From an uncultured Chloroflexia bacterium (GTDB lineage Bacteria > Chloroflexota > Limnocylindria > Limnocylindrales > CSP1-4), in contig CAWFXA010000002.1 of assembly GCA_963819655.1 (NCBI GenBank), positions 1,376,001-1,440,000 of the forward strand: 64,000 bases of DNA. The letters are read 5' to 3'. Numbering within the stretch: position 1 is the stretch's first letter; every line of letters starts with the position of its first letter. Shown here one piece after another: positions 42,414-51,368 of this stretch. The notes beneath the pieces are model-generated. The model was not told where the DNA came from, ran no database searches, and saw only the letters and a list, made by a program, of their open reading frames with translations. Made by a program: the position numbers and the translations under genes.

Positions 42414-44407
42414 AGGTAGGACCGCCGAAGGTCGGATCGCCGATCCCCAAGGTGCGCGACGTCGGCTCCCACATGGCGTTCATGTGGGACAAGAACCTGC
42501 TGCGGCTGGCCGTGCTCATCAGCGTCCTGGCGGTGTTGGTCGCAGTGAACGGGGCGCGTGGCGTCATGGAGGGCGCGATCGCCGCGATCGGCCTCCTGCC
42601 GGTCCTGGCCCTCCAGATGATGTTCGTGGCCTTCCTGATCATCTTCCAGTTCGTGATCATGTTCTGGTTCCTGTCGCGACCGCGGAAGTACACGACCACC
42701 CCCGACGACGCCCAGATCGACCTCTCGTTCGAGAACTACCGGGGTCAGCCCGACCTCCTCGAGCATGCCAAGAGCACGGTCAGGATCCTGCGCGGCCAGA
42801 GCGCGTTCAAGGCTGCGGGCGGCGAGATGCCGAAGGGCATGCTGCTGTCCGGCCTCCCGGGCACCGGCAAGACATTCCTGGCAGGCTGCATCGCCGCCGA
42901 GGGAAAGCTGCCGTTCATCTATATCGACGCGTCGTCGTTGCGCGGCATGTTCTGGGGCATGGACGCGCTGATGGTCATGAAGCTGTTCCGTGACGCCCGC
43001 GGTCTGGCTCGGAAATACGCCGAACCCGGCGAGCGCGGCGTCTGCATCCTGTTCGTCGACGAGCTCGATTCCATCGGTCTTGCGCGCGGGGGGCAGGGGA
43101 CCGGCGTCGGGATGCCCGGCGGCGTCTTCGGCGGTGGGTCGGGCGGTCTCAACACCCTGCTCAATCAGATGGACTCGCTCGGCGATCACGTGGAGGATCG
43201 CTGGTCCCACAAGCTGCTGCGCTGGTTCGGGCTCGTCCGTGGACCGGTCCGCAACAAGCCGCTCGTGTTCGTGATCGGTGCGACCAACCGACCCGAGGTC
43301 CTGGACTCGGCGTTGACGCGACCGGGTCGGCTCGATCGCATCCTCGAGGTGTACGCGCCTGACGGCGACGGTCGGCGCGACATCATCACGCACTACCTCG
43401 CGAAGAAACAGCACGACCCCGACATCGACATCGATTTCATGATCGGCGACTCGATCGGATGGACCCCGGCGATGATCAAGACGATCATCAACGAGGCCCT
43501 CGTCTCCGCCCACGAGGAGGGGCGCGACCGGCTGACCTATCGCGACTGGCTGGCGGCGGCCGACGCCCGGACGTTGGGGCTCAAGCAACCGATCCGACGG
43601 ATGCACGAGGACGACCGTCGGTCGATCGCGTACCACGAGGCGGGCCACGCCGTCGCGGCGTATTACCTCCAGCCCGAGAACCGGATCATCAAGGCGACGA
43701 TCATCCGGCGCGGCGGCGCGCTCGGTGTCGTGCAACCGCAGCCGCGCGAGGAGCGCTACACCCGCCACGCGCGCCAGTTCGAGACACAGATCATGACGTT
43801 CCTCGGGTCTCGCGCGGTCGAGGAGGAGATCCTCGAGACGAAGATGACCGGCGCATCGTCCGACCTGATGGTCGCGTCGTCGATCGCCCTCAGCTACTGC
43901 GGCATCTTCGGGATGGGCTCCGGGCTGCTCGTCATGCCGCCGCAGCAGAACGCGCTGGCGTACCCGATGCCGATCGCCCGGATGGCCGCGTCATTGCTCG
44001 ACACGCTGATGATCGAGACGAAGCGGCTGGTGCGCGAGAAGGAGTACGCCGTCCACGCGGTGGCCGCGGCGCTGCTGGAGAAGGGCGAGCTGATCGGCAC
44101 CGAGCTCGAAGCGGTGTTCGAACAGGCGGATGCGCGGAACGCCGATGCGGCCGCTCCGTTCGAGCGTCAGCTCTTCTCGCTGCCGCGCCTGTTCGACGAG
44201 CCTGGTCAGGGCGCCCCGGGCGCAACCGAATGGCCGGCCGACTCGACCGGGGCCGCGGCGGCGTCCTGGGAGCTTCTCGGCGAGCCCGGCTCGGCGCTCC
44301 CGTCGCGAACGTCGTGGACGCTGTACCTCGAGCCGGGTCAGATCCCGCCGGACGATTTCCACGCTCCGCCGAAGTTCCGGCCGGGGGACCCGCCGCCCCG
44401 CGACTGA
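42410..44407 (+). CDS. FtsH-like AAA+ ATPase/M41 zinc metalloprotease
   Basis: GLPGTGKT, FVDELD, GATNRPEVLDSALTRPGRLDR, AYHEAGH, GASSDL. Confidence 0.88.
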   Translation: MKVGPPKVGSPIPKVRDVGSHMAFMWDKNLLRLAVLISVLAVLVAVNGARGVMEGAIAAIGLLPVLALQMMFVAFLIIFQFVIMFWFLSRPRKYTTTPDDAQIDLSFENYRGQPDLLEHAKSTVRILRGQSAFKAAGGEMPKGMLLSGLPGTGKTFLAGCIAAEGKLPFIYIDASSLRGMFWGMDALMVMKLFRDARGLARKYAEPGERGVCILFVDELDSIGLARGGQGTGVGMPGGVFGGGSGGLNTLLNQMDSLGDHVEDRWSHKLLRWFGLVRGPVRNKPLVFVIGATNRPEVLDSALTRPGRLDRILEVYAPDGDGRRDIITHYLAKKQHDPDIDIDFMIGDSIGWTPAMIKTIINEALVSAHEEGRDRLTYRDWLAAADARTLGLKQPIRRMHEDDRRSIAYHEAGHAVAAYYLQPENRIIKATIIRRGGALGVVQPQPREERYTRHARQFETQIMTFLGSRAVEEEILETKMTGASSDLMVASSIALSYCGIFGMGSGLLVMPPQQNALAYPMPIARMAASLLDTLMIETKRLVREKEYAVHAVAAALLEKGELIGTELEAVFEQADARNADAAAPFERQLFSLPRLFDEPGQGAPGATEWPADSTGAAAASWELLGEPGSALPSRTSWTLYLEPGQIPPDDFHAPPKFRPGDPPPRD

Positions 44408-44519
44408 TCGCGCCTCGACCGGGCACATCAGCCGAAGGCCTTTTTCCGCCAGCTATCGCTGCACCGTTGCGCAGTCGGCGATAAGTCCGGGTTGAGCCTC
44501 GCTCGCCAGAATCGCATCG

Positions 44520-45266
44520 ATGGACTCGATGCAGCGGTGCGGCGCCACATTTCGGGCCGTCCGGATCAAGCGGGGTTGGCGACAGATCGATGTCGCGGCG
44601 CGAGCTGGGGTGAACCGCTCGGTCGTTTCGGCTATCGAGCGCGGCCATCTCGAGAACGTGTCGATCGGCACGCTCCTCGAGATCGCGCGCGCCCTGGACA
44701 TCCAGGTCACGTTCGGTACGCGGTGGCGAGCCGGGGACCTCGACCGACTCGTCAGCGGTCGACATTCTCGGCTTCATGAAGCCGTCGGGAGGTGGTTCGC
44801 CACCGCATTGCCCGACTGGATCCTCGCCCCGGAAGTCTCGTTCTCGTTCTTTGGGGAGCGGGGCGTCATCGACATCCTGGCCTGGCACCCCGGCCGGCGC
44901 GCCCTTCTGGTGATCGAGCTCAAGACCGATCTCGCGGATGTGAACGAGCTGATCGGCACCATGGACCGGCGGCGGCGGCTCGCGTGGGACATCGCCAAGG
45001 AGCGAGGATGGGAGCCGCTCACCGTCTCGAGCTGGGTGCTCGTGGCCGGTGGACGGACGAATCGCGCTCGGATCTCCGCGCACAGAACGCTGCTCCGCAC
45101 GGCGTTTCCGGTCGATGGACGGACCGTCGCCGGTTGGTTACGACGGCCAGATCGGGATATCCACGCGCTCTCGCTCTGGGACAGGGTGCGTGATGACGGC
45201 GGTTCCGGCGACTTTGCGGCCCGGCATCGGGTGCGACGACGGTCCGCGGCGTCTGTCCGACCATGA
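44520..45266 (+). CDS. XRE-family HTH fused to PD-(D/E)XK nuclease-like domain (intact paralogue)
   Basis: FRAVRIKRGWRQIDVAARAGVNRSVVSAIERG; EVSFSFFGERGVIDILAWHPGRRALLVIELKT. Confidence 0.85.
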   Translation: MDSMQRCGATFRAVRIKRGWRQIDVAARAGVNRSVVSAIERGHLENVSIGTLLEIARALDIQVTFGTRWRAGDLDRLVSGRHSRLHEAVGRWFATALPDWILAPEVSFSFFGERGVIDILAWHPGRRALLVIELKTDLADVNELIGTMDRRRRLAWDIAKERGWEPLTVSSWVLVAGGRTNRARISAHRTLLRTAFPVDGRTVAGWLRRPDRDIHALSLWDRVRDDGGSGDFAARHRVRRRSAASVRP

Positions 45267-45443
45267 ACTACGCGGATGGCAGCGACCTTAGGTCTTGCAG
45301 GAGTCGGGTCGACGCCGCTCTGTGCCCCGCCGACCGGCCATAAGGCGGCCATCGATGCGCGATGTGCATGGTCGACGGCGTTGCAACCGTCGCCGCGGGC
45401 CTGGAGCCCGACATTAGGTCGCTGTGATGCGCGTACTTCATGG
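45261..45443. repeat. Family B element, 183 nt, three related 32-33-nt units
   Basis: CCATGAACTACGCGGATGGCAGCGACCTTAGG (+, 45261-45292); inverted units at 45371-45339 and 45443-45412 (CCATGAAGTACGCGCATCACAGCGACCTAATG). Confidence 0.8.
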
Positions 45444-45569
45444 TCGCGGGGAGTTGCGCGGGCCGGGGAGGGCCGGGCGGGTCGGGGAGGGCCGGGCGCC
45501 TTGGTCGTCGGGAGGCGGGTCGGGGGTCGTGCGCCGGGCGGGCCTCGGGCCTCCGGGCGGGGCACGCGG

Positions 45570-46430
45570 CTACAGGTCGCGCCGCCGCAGCGAGACGACC
45601 GCCAGGACGAGCACGACCACGATCCATGCCGCGCTCCACGCGAGGAACGTGGCGGGCGGTGGTGCCGATGCGAAGAACGGGTTGGCGTCGGCCGCCGGGC
45701 CGGCGCCGCTGATCGCGCCGGCTACGACCAGCTGCGGTTCGAGGCTGTAGATCGTTCCGCGCCACAGCCCGTCGCTCGGCAGGAGCCAGCGCGACGCTTC
45801 GGCCGCGGCGACCAGCGGCCCCGCGTCGAAGAACCGCCCGATGCCCGCGAAGACGCCGGCCATCCAGCCCAGGCCGAACAGCACGACGCAGATCGCCCCG
45901 CCGGCGATCGCCGGCAGCCGCGTGCTCAACAGCATCGCGAACGTGAGCAGGACGACCGCCTGGGCAGCCAGGAAGACAACGGCCAGCAATGGCTGGGGCG
46001 GCGTGTAGCCGGACACCAACCGGACCGCCGCGATCTCGAGCAGCCCGGAGCCGGCGGCATAGGCAGCGATGACGACCACGAGACCGAGCCACCGGCCGAC
46101 GATCAGATCCGCTCGACGGATCGGCCGCGCGAGCATGGCGTGTGCCACGCCGGACTCGAGGTCCGCCGCGATCGCCGGCGCCCCGAGGAATGCCGCGGTC
46201 ATGGCCAGCACGAAGCTGAACATGAACGCCACCAGGATCTGGACCTGCGAGACCCCGAGCACGATCTCGAGATCGGGCGTCCCGCCGTCGCGCGCGAGCG
46301 TCACGAGTCGCTCGATGCCCCACGTGGTGAGCGCGACGCTGACCACCGTCAGCGCGAACAGGACCGCGAGGATGCGCCGTCGGGCCGTCTCGGCGACGGT
46401 GAGGCGGGCGATGATCAGGATCGCTCTCAT
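45570..46430 (-). CDS. ABC-2 type transporter permease
   Basis: IARLTVAETARRR, DLESGVAHAMLARPIRR, ends SLRRRDL. Confidence 0.88.
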   Translation of the reverse strand: MRAILIIARLTVAETARRRILAVLFALTVVSVALTTWGIERLVTLARDGGTPDLEIVLGVSQVQILVAFMFSFVLAMTAAFLGAPAIAADLESGVAHAMLARPIRRADLIVGRWLGLVVVIAAYAAGSGLLEIAAVRLVSGYTPPQPLLAVVFLAAQAVVLLTFAMLLSTRLPAIAGGAICVVLFGLGWMAGVFAGIGRFFDAGPLVAAAEASRWLLPSDGLWRGTIYSLEPQLVVAGAISGAGPAADANPFFASAPPPATFLAWSAAWIVVVLVLAVVSLRRRDL

Positions 46431-47356
46431 GACCGGTCGGCCGTGTCGCCGACGACGTGCATGAACAGCTCCTCGAGCGTGCCGCGACCCATGTCCACGG
46501 CGTGCACGCGGCCTCCGGCCGTCACGATCGCCGCGACGACATCGGGGATGTCCTCGTCACGGACGCCCGTGATCGTGAGCCAGTCGTCGTCATCGGTCGC
46601 GACCGCGCCGAACCGGGCCAGGCCGGCGAGGCCGGTCGCCGGAAGGTCGGTCACGCGAACGCGCAGCTGGGTATCGCCGAGCAGGTCGTCGATCCGGCCG
46701 TTGGCGAGCACCCGGCCGTGGTCGACGATCGCGACGCGATCGCACACGCGCTCGACCTCGGTCAGGAGGTGGCTGTTGAGGAGCACCGTCGCGCCGGCCT
46801 CGCGGGCCCGTCGGACGATGGCACGGACGTCGGCGCGCCCGACCGGGTCGAGCGCGGAGGTCGGTTCGTCGAGGATCACGAGACGTGGGTTGCCGAGCAA
46901 TGCCACCGCCAGCCCGAGCCGTTGCTGCATGCCCTTCGAGAAGCTGCCGACGGCGTCCCCGGCGCGGTCGGACAGGCCCACGTCGTCGAGCGCACCGTCG
47001 ATCGCGGCCGCGGACGCCGGCGCGCCGCCATCGACCGCCCGGAGCCGCGCGTGAAGCTCCAGCACCTCCCGTGCGCGCAACCACGGTTGGTAGCGGAAGA
47101 GCTCGGGCAGGTAGCCGATCTCGCGCCGCGCCGCACGATCGCCGAGCGGCGCGCCGAGGACCGTCGCGCCGCCGCCCGTCGCGCGCGCCAGCCCGAGGAG
47201 CAGCTTCACCGCTGTCGTCTTGCCTGCGCCGTTGGGGCCGAGGAAGCCGAAGATCTCGCCCGGTTCCACGCGCAGGGTCAGGTCGACCAGGGCATCTGTT
47301 CGGCCGTAGCGCTTCGCCAGGCCACGGGCGTCGATGATCGGGTTGCCCGCGATCAC
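46427..47356 (-). CDS. ABC transporter ATP-binding protein
   Basis: GPNGAGKT, FSKGMQQR, ILDEPT. Confidence 0.92.
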   Translation of the reverse strand: MIAGNPIIDARGLAKRYGRTDALVDLTLRVEPGEIFGFLGPNGAGKTTAVKLLLGLARATGGGATVLGAPLGDRAARREIGYLPELFRYQPWLRAREVLELHARLRAVDGGAPASAAAIDGALDDVGLSDRAGDAVGSFSKGMQQRLGLAVALLGNPRLVILDEPTSALDPVGRADVRAIVRRAREAGATVLLNSHLLTEVERVCDRVAIVDHGRVLANGRIDDLLGDTQLRVRVTDLPATGLAGLARFGAVATDDDDWLTITGVRDEDIPDVVAAIVTAGGRVHAVDMGRGTLEELFMHVVGDTADRS

Positions 47357-47366
47357 CTGCGCGTGC

Positions 47367-47975
47367 TCAGCCTTCCCGCGTCTGCGTCGGTGTCGCCTCG
47401 AACGTGATCTCGGCGTCGAACGCCGGCTGGTCCTTGATGTACGCCGGCTCGAGCGATCCCATGTTGCCGCGCAGAGCGTCGGCCCAGCGCAGGCCCTTGC
47501 AGGTCGCCGTCCCGACAAGGCCCGTGTCGTCGGCCTGGGTGACCGTCACGATGCAGCGGGTCGGATCGGATGTCGTCCAATGCTCGAACCCGACGATCCG
47601 ATCGAGCGTGACGAACGCGGTCTGCCCGAACGGGCTCCCGGAACCCATCGCGCCCATCACCCGGACATACCAGCCGTCCGCGCTGCGGAACGTGGCCTCG
47701 GCACCGAACGTCGGCTCGTATGTCCCGCCGCCGCCGAGCTGGTCGAGCACGATCGGCGGGTCCTCACCGACGGTCACCGTGGCGTGGCCCTCGCGATAGG
47801 TCGCTGCCGGCGACGGCATCGCGAAGTCGGGCGCCTGGGGGTCGTAGCCGAGCAGGTATTGGCAGCCGCCCAGGATCGATGCCGTCGCGAGAAGCGCCAG
47901 CACGAGCGCCGCCTCGGACCGCGACGCCGCCTCGGACCGCGACGCAGCCGCAGACCGGCGGAAGCGCCGACCCAT
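47367..47975 (-). CDS. Hypothetical lipoprotein
   Basis: Lipobox ILGG-C; ATG 47975 just after the ccsA stop. Confidence 0.7.
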   Translation of the reverse strand: MGRRFRRSAAASRSEAASRSEAALVLALLATASILGGCQYLLGYDPQAPDFAMPSPAATYREGHATVTVGEDPPIVLDQLGGGGTYEPTFGAEATFRSADGWYVRVMGAMGSGSPFGQTAFVTLDRIVGFEHWTTSDPTRCIVTVTQADDTGLVGTATCKGLRWADALRGNMGSLEPAYIKDQPAFDAEITFEATPTQTREG

Positions 47976-47980
47976 GGTCG

Positions 47981-48928
47981 CTACAGGCCGGAGTACGAGT
48001 GCAGCCCGCTGAACCAGAGCGAGCCGGAGTACGTCACGAGGACCATGCCGAACCCGACGACCAGCAGCAACGCGGCCGGCCGTCCTGCCCACGAGCGCTG
48101 GTTGCGGGCATGGAGGTAGACCGCGTAGATCAGCCATGTCACGAGGGCCGCGGTCTCCTTCGGGTCCCAGCCCCAGTAGCGCGACCACGCGATCGACGCC
48201 CACCATGAGCCGAGGATGATCATCGTCGCGAAGATCGGGAAGCCGATGATCACCGCCCGATAGGCGACCTCGTCGAGGACCTTGTGCGACGGCAGCCACG
48301 CGAACCGATCGTCCTGGCCCTGGATCAGATAGCCGACGCCGGCAGCGAACGCGGTCGCGAAGATCCCGTACGACAGCACCGCCATCCCGACATGGATCGT
48401 CAAGAGGGGCGGGTTCTGGAGAGCCGGCACCAATTGCGAGATCTCGCGCGGCAGCGACGAGGCGTACAGCAGCAGCGCCAGGGCAACGCCGAGCGGGAGG
48501 AAGCCGATCGACCGGATGGGATAGCGGTGGGCGAGCAGCGCGTAGCCCGCGACCATCGATGTCGCGAACGCGACCGTGAACTCGAACATGTTGCCCCACG
48601 GTCCACGCCCGACAACGATGCCGCGCAGCAGCAGGGAGCCGCCGAGCGCGGCCGCCGCCACGATCGTCAACCACGTCGCCGCGACGGACAACGGGCTCGG
48701 CGAGGCCGCGACCGACGGCCCGCCGGTGGCGCTGCGCGATGACGACGTCACGAACGCGCCGGTCACGACACCCGCATACGCCGGCTGGTTGGCGGCGCCC
48801 AACGCTGGGAGCCCCACTCGCCGCCCATTCGCCAGCATCACGGCGTGACCGACATGCGCCGCGAACGCGAGCGCGACGAGCACGACCCCGATGGGGAAGA
48901 GCATCGACGAGAGTTCGGCCATGGTCAT
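47981..48928 (-). CDS. ccsA: System II cytochrome c biogenesis protein CcsA/ResC
   Basis: PWGNMFEF, LVPALQ...IHV, WWASIAWSRYWGWDPKE (WWD motif), GLHSY. Confidence 0.92.
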   Translation of the reverse strand: MTMAELSSMLFPIGVVLVALAFAAHVGHAVMLANGRRVGLPALGAANQPAYAGVVTGAFVTSSSRSATGGPSVAASPSPLSVAATWLTIVAAAALGGSLLLRGIVVGRGPWGNMFEFTVAFATSMVAGYALLAHRYPIRSIGFLPLGVALALLLYASSLPREISQLVPALQNPPLLTIHVGMAVLSYGIFATAFAAGVGYLIQGQDDRFAWLPSHKVLDEVAYRAVIIGFPIFATMIILGSWWASIAWSRYWGWDPKETAALVTWLIYAVYLHARNQRSWAGRPAALLLVVGFGMVLVTYSGSLWFSGLHSYSGL

Positions 48929-48971
48929 CGCCTCGTTGACGTTCGGCGCGGGCCCGCGGTTGCGGCGGGCC

Positions 48972-49454
48972 TCAGGCCACCGCAGCGCCGCCCGGCTTGG
49001 GGCCGGTCGAGCGAGCGACCGGGACGGGTCGCGCCTTGACGTTGAGCACGAGCCCGCAGTTCGTGCAGGTATCGATCTCGGCGGGCCGGCCGAGTCCGCA
49101 CATCGGGCAGATCACAGCCAGCTCCTCCTCGCCGCGCTCACAGCGCAGCGTGCCGGACGTGTAGATCAGCCCGTGCTGGCGGCAGAACGGCAATCCGGGC
49201 GGGAAGATCGGCTGGCCGTCGCTGCCGATACGGGCGACCTGGGGACCCTCCTCGAGGTTCAGCTTTGCCCGCGGCTTTGTGGCCTGGTAGCCAAGGATGC
49301 CGAGCATCGTGAAGGTCAAGAGCGGGCCGACGACGCCGAGGAAGATCAGCAGGGGAAGCAGCCCGACGACACTGCTCCAATCCGGGATCACGAACATCTC
49401 CGTGATGTCGAGGATCGTGTTCCAGATGCCGTTCAGCGTGTCGACGACGTTCAC
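48972..49454 (-). CDS. Membrane protein with C-terminal zinc ribbons
   Basis: One TM helix; CRQH, CERG, CPMC and CTNC motifs. Confidence 0.7.
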   Translation of the reverse strand: MNVVDTLNGIWNTILDITEMFVIPDWSSVVGLLPLLIFLGVVGPLLTFTMLGILGYQATKPRAKLNLEEGPQVARIGSDGQPIFPPGLPFCRQHGLIYTSGTLRCERGEEELAVICPMCGLGRPAEIDTCTNCGLVLNVKARPVPVARSTGPKPGGAAVA

Positions 49455-50014
49455 GACCGCATGCTACCCGACGGTGGTCGACCTCGACGCGGATTGCCTC
49501 GCTTGACCGTCGCGCCGCGTCCGGGTTTCCAGGGCTCGCGCTCCGGCTCCTCGTGTGCGCTCGGCGGTCGACGGTTCCCGATCGCCGGAGCCGCGAGGTG
49601 CCGTCGATCGAGGCGGCCGAGCAGCCAGGCCGTGCCCGCCGTCCGGGCGCCTTTCGCGTGCAGCGCCGTCCGCAACGCGCGGTCGTCGGTGATGACGAGG
49701 AGGCCCCCGACGCCGGTGGGTCCGGCCGCGGCCCCCGTCTGATCGGCCAGGCCCAGGATCAGGTCGTCCGCGGAGCGCCGCCCCGCATGGCGGACGATCA
49801 GCCCGGCCGCGATCCGCTCCCCGCGGAGGCCCGCGTCGGGCGCACCGTCGAACACGAGCTCGACGCCGATGTGCGCCGGGATGGCGCCACGCAGCCGACC
49901 GATCAGCGCCGCGGGCGGCACCTGATCGCCACCGCGAGCGAGAGCGGGCAGGAAGTTCGAGCCGTCGACGATCAGTCGATCCGTGGCGGCGAGAGGGTCA
50001 CGATGATGTGTCAC
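49451..50014 (-). CDS. NYN/PIN (YacP-like) domain protein
   Basis: LIVDGSN, LVFDG, SADDLI, VITDDRAL acidic PIN-like motifs. Confidence 0.75.
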   Translation of the reverse strand: MTHHRDPLAATDRLIVDGSNFLPALARGGDQVPPAALIGRLRGAIPAHIGVELVFDGAPDAGLRGERIAAGLIVRHAGRRSADDLILGLADQTGAAAGPTGVGGLLVITDDRALRTALHAKGARTAGTAWLLGRLDRRHLAAPAIGNRRPPSAHEEPEREPWKPGRGATVKRGNPRRGRPPSGSMRS

Positions 50015-50059
50015 CGGCGAATCGTACGCGCACGGACGCCCACGGCTACGATCGGGTGC

Positions 50060-50917
50060 GTGAGCCTGCTCCTGCTGGTCGACCTCGACGGTGTCGTGTA
50101 CCGGGGCGCCGAGCCCATCCCTGGTGTCGCGGCCGTGCTGGCCGATCGAGCCGCGCGCGGGGACGACGTCGTCTATGTCACGAACAACTCGATGCACTAC
50201 CGCGCCGACTACGTCGCGCGGCTGTCGTCCATGGGCTGTCCTGTCTCCGCCGAGCGCGTCGTGTCCTCGTCGCGCGCGACCGCGCTCCACATCGTCAACC
50301 ACGAACTGGGGATCCGCCGCGTCCTCGCGCTCGGCGCCGGCGGGCTGGAACGCGAGCTGGGCGACGTCGGGCTCGACGTGGTCACGGCCGGGCACGCCGC
50401 CACGCGGATGCACCAGGAGGGGATCGACGGCTGGACGGCAGCCGGCGCGCCCGATGCGGTCGTGACCGGGCTCGACCCGAATCTGACCTACCTCCGCCTG
50501 GCGGCCGCTGCCGACTGCATCCGCGCAGGCGCCCGTTTCATCGCCACGAACCGTGATCCCGTCTACCCCACCGAGCGGGGTTTGCGCCCCGGAGCAGGGG
50601 CGATCGCCGCGGCGCTCGAGGCGACGACAGGCGTCACGCCGCTGTCGATCGGCAAGCCGGAGCCGCACCTGCTCGAGCTGGCCGCGGAGGCCGTCGGCCG
50701 GACGGCGGCTGAGGCCGTCATGATCGGCGATGGGATCGGCACCGACCTGGCGGCGGCGCGCGCGGTCGGGGCTCGGAGTGTGCTGATGCTGACGGGCGTG
50801 ACGACCCGCGCTGATCTCGAAGCGTTGCCGGAGGACGCCCGACCCGATGCGGTCGCGACCGATTCGGCGGAACTGGCCGCGGCGCTCGACGCGTTCGAGC
50901 GATCACCCGGAACCTGA
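50060..50917 (+). CDS. HAD-IIA family hydrolase (NagD-like)
   Basis: DLDGVVY, VTNNS, ATNRD, IGKPEP, MIGDGIGTD. Confidence 0.92.
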   Translation: MSLLLLVDLDGVVYRGAEPIPGVAAVLADRAARGDDVVYVTNNSMHYRADYVARLSSMGCPVSAERVVSSSRATALHIVNHELGIRRVLALGAGGLERELGDVGLDVVTAGHAATRMHQEGIDGWTAAGAPDAVVTGLDPNLTYLRLAAAADCIRAGARFIATNRDPVYPTERGLRPGAGAIAAALEATTGVTPLSIGKPEPHLLELAAEAVGRTAAEAVMIGDGIGTDLAAARAVGARSVLMLTGVTTRADLEALPEDARPDAVATDSAELAAALDAFERSPGT

Positions 50918-50942
50918 GGTGGGCACGGGACGTCAGCGGCCC

Positions 50943-51368
50943 ATGCGATGCCTGAGCATCCTCGCGTCGGTCGTATTGACGGTCGTCCTGTGTGCCTGCG
51001 ACACGAGCTCACCGGATCCTGGCGGCGCGGGGCCCGTCGACGTGACCGGTGACTGGCAGATGACGTCGGGCACGATCGATGGCGGGCCCTTCCCAGCCGT
51101 CGATGACGCGCCGATCACGCTCTCGGTCACCGGGACCCAGATCAGCGGGCGAGCGGCCTGCAATCAGTACGGTGGCGAGATCGTCGTCGAGGACGGGCGG
51201 CCGCGCTTCAACTTGACGTCGATGACCGAGATGGCGTGCGCCGAGCCGGTGATGGCAGCGGAGGCCGCGTTCAACGCAGCACTGCCACGGGTCGTCGGCG
51301 CGGCACGTCACGGCGAGCACCTGACGCTCACAGGGCCCGGCGTCGAGCTTCTTTTCGAGAGCCGCTAG
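50943..51368 (+). CDS. META domain lipoprotein
   Basis: Lipobox LCAC; ISGRAACNQY; TEMAC. Confidence 0.85.
   Translation: MRCLSILASVVLTVVLCACDTSSPDPGGAGPVDVTGDWQMTSGTIDGGPFPAVDDAPITLSVTGTQISGRAACNQYGGEIVVEDGRPRFNLTSMTEMACAEPVMAAEAAFNAALPRVVGAARHGEHLTLTGPGVELLFESR

Noticed and set aside
47907-47946. 18-bp tandem duplication in the lipoprotein signal region (AASRSE x2)
   Set aside because: In-frame slippage in a low-complexity N-terminus; unremarkable.
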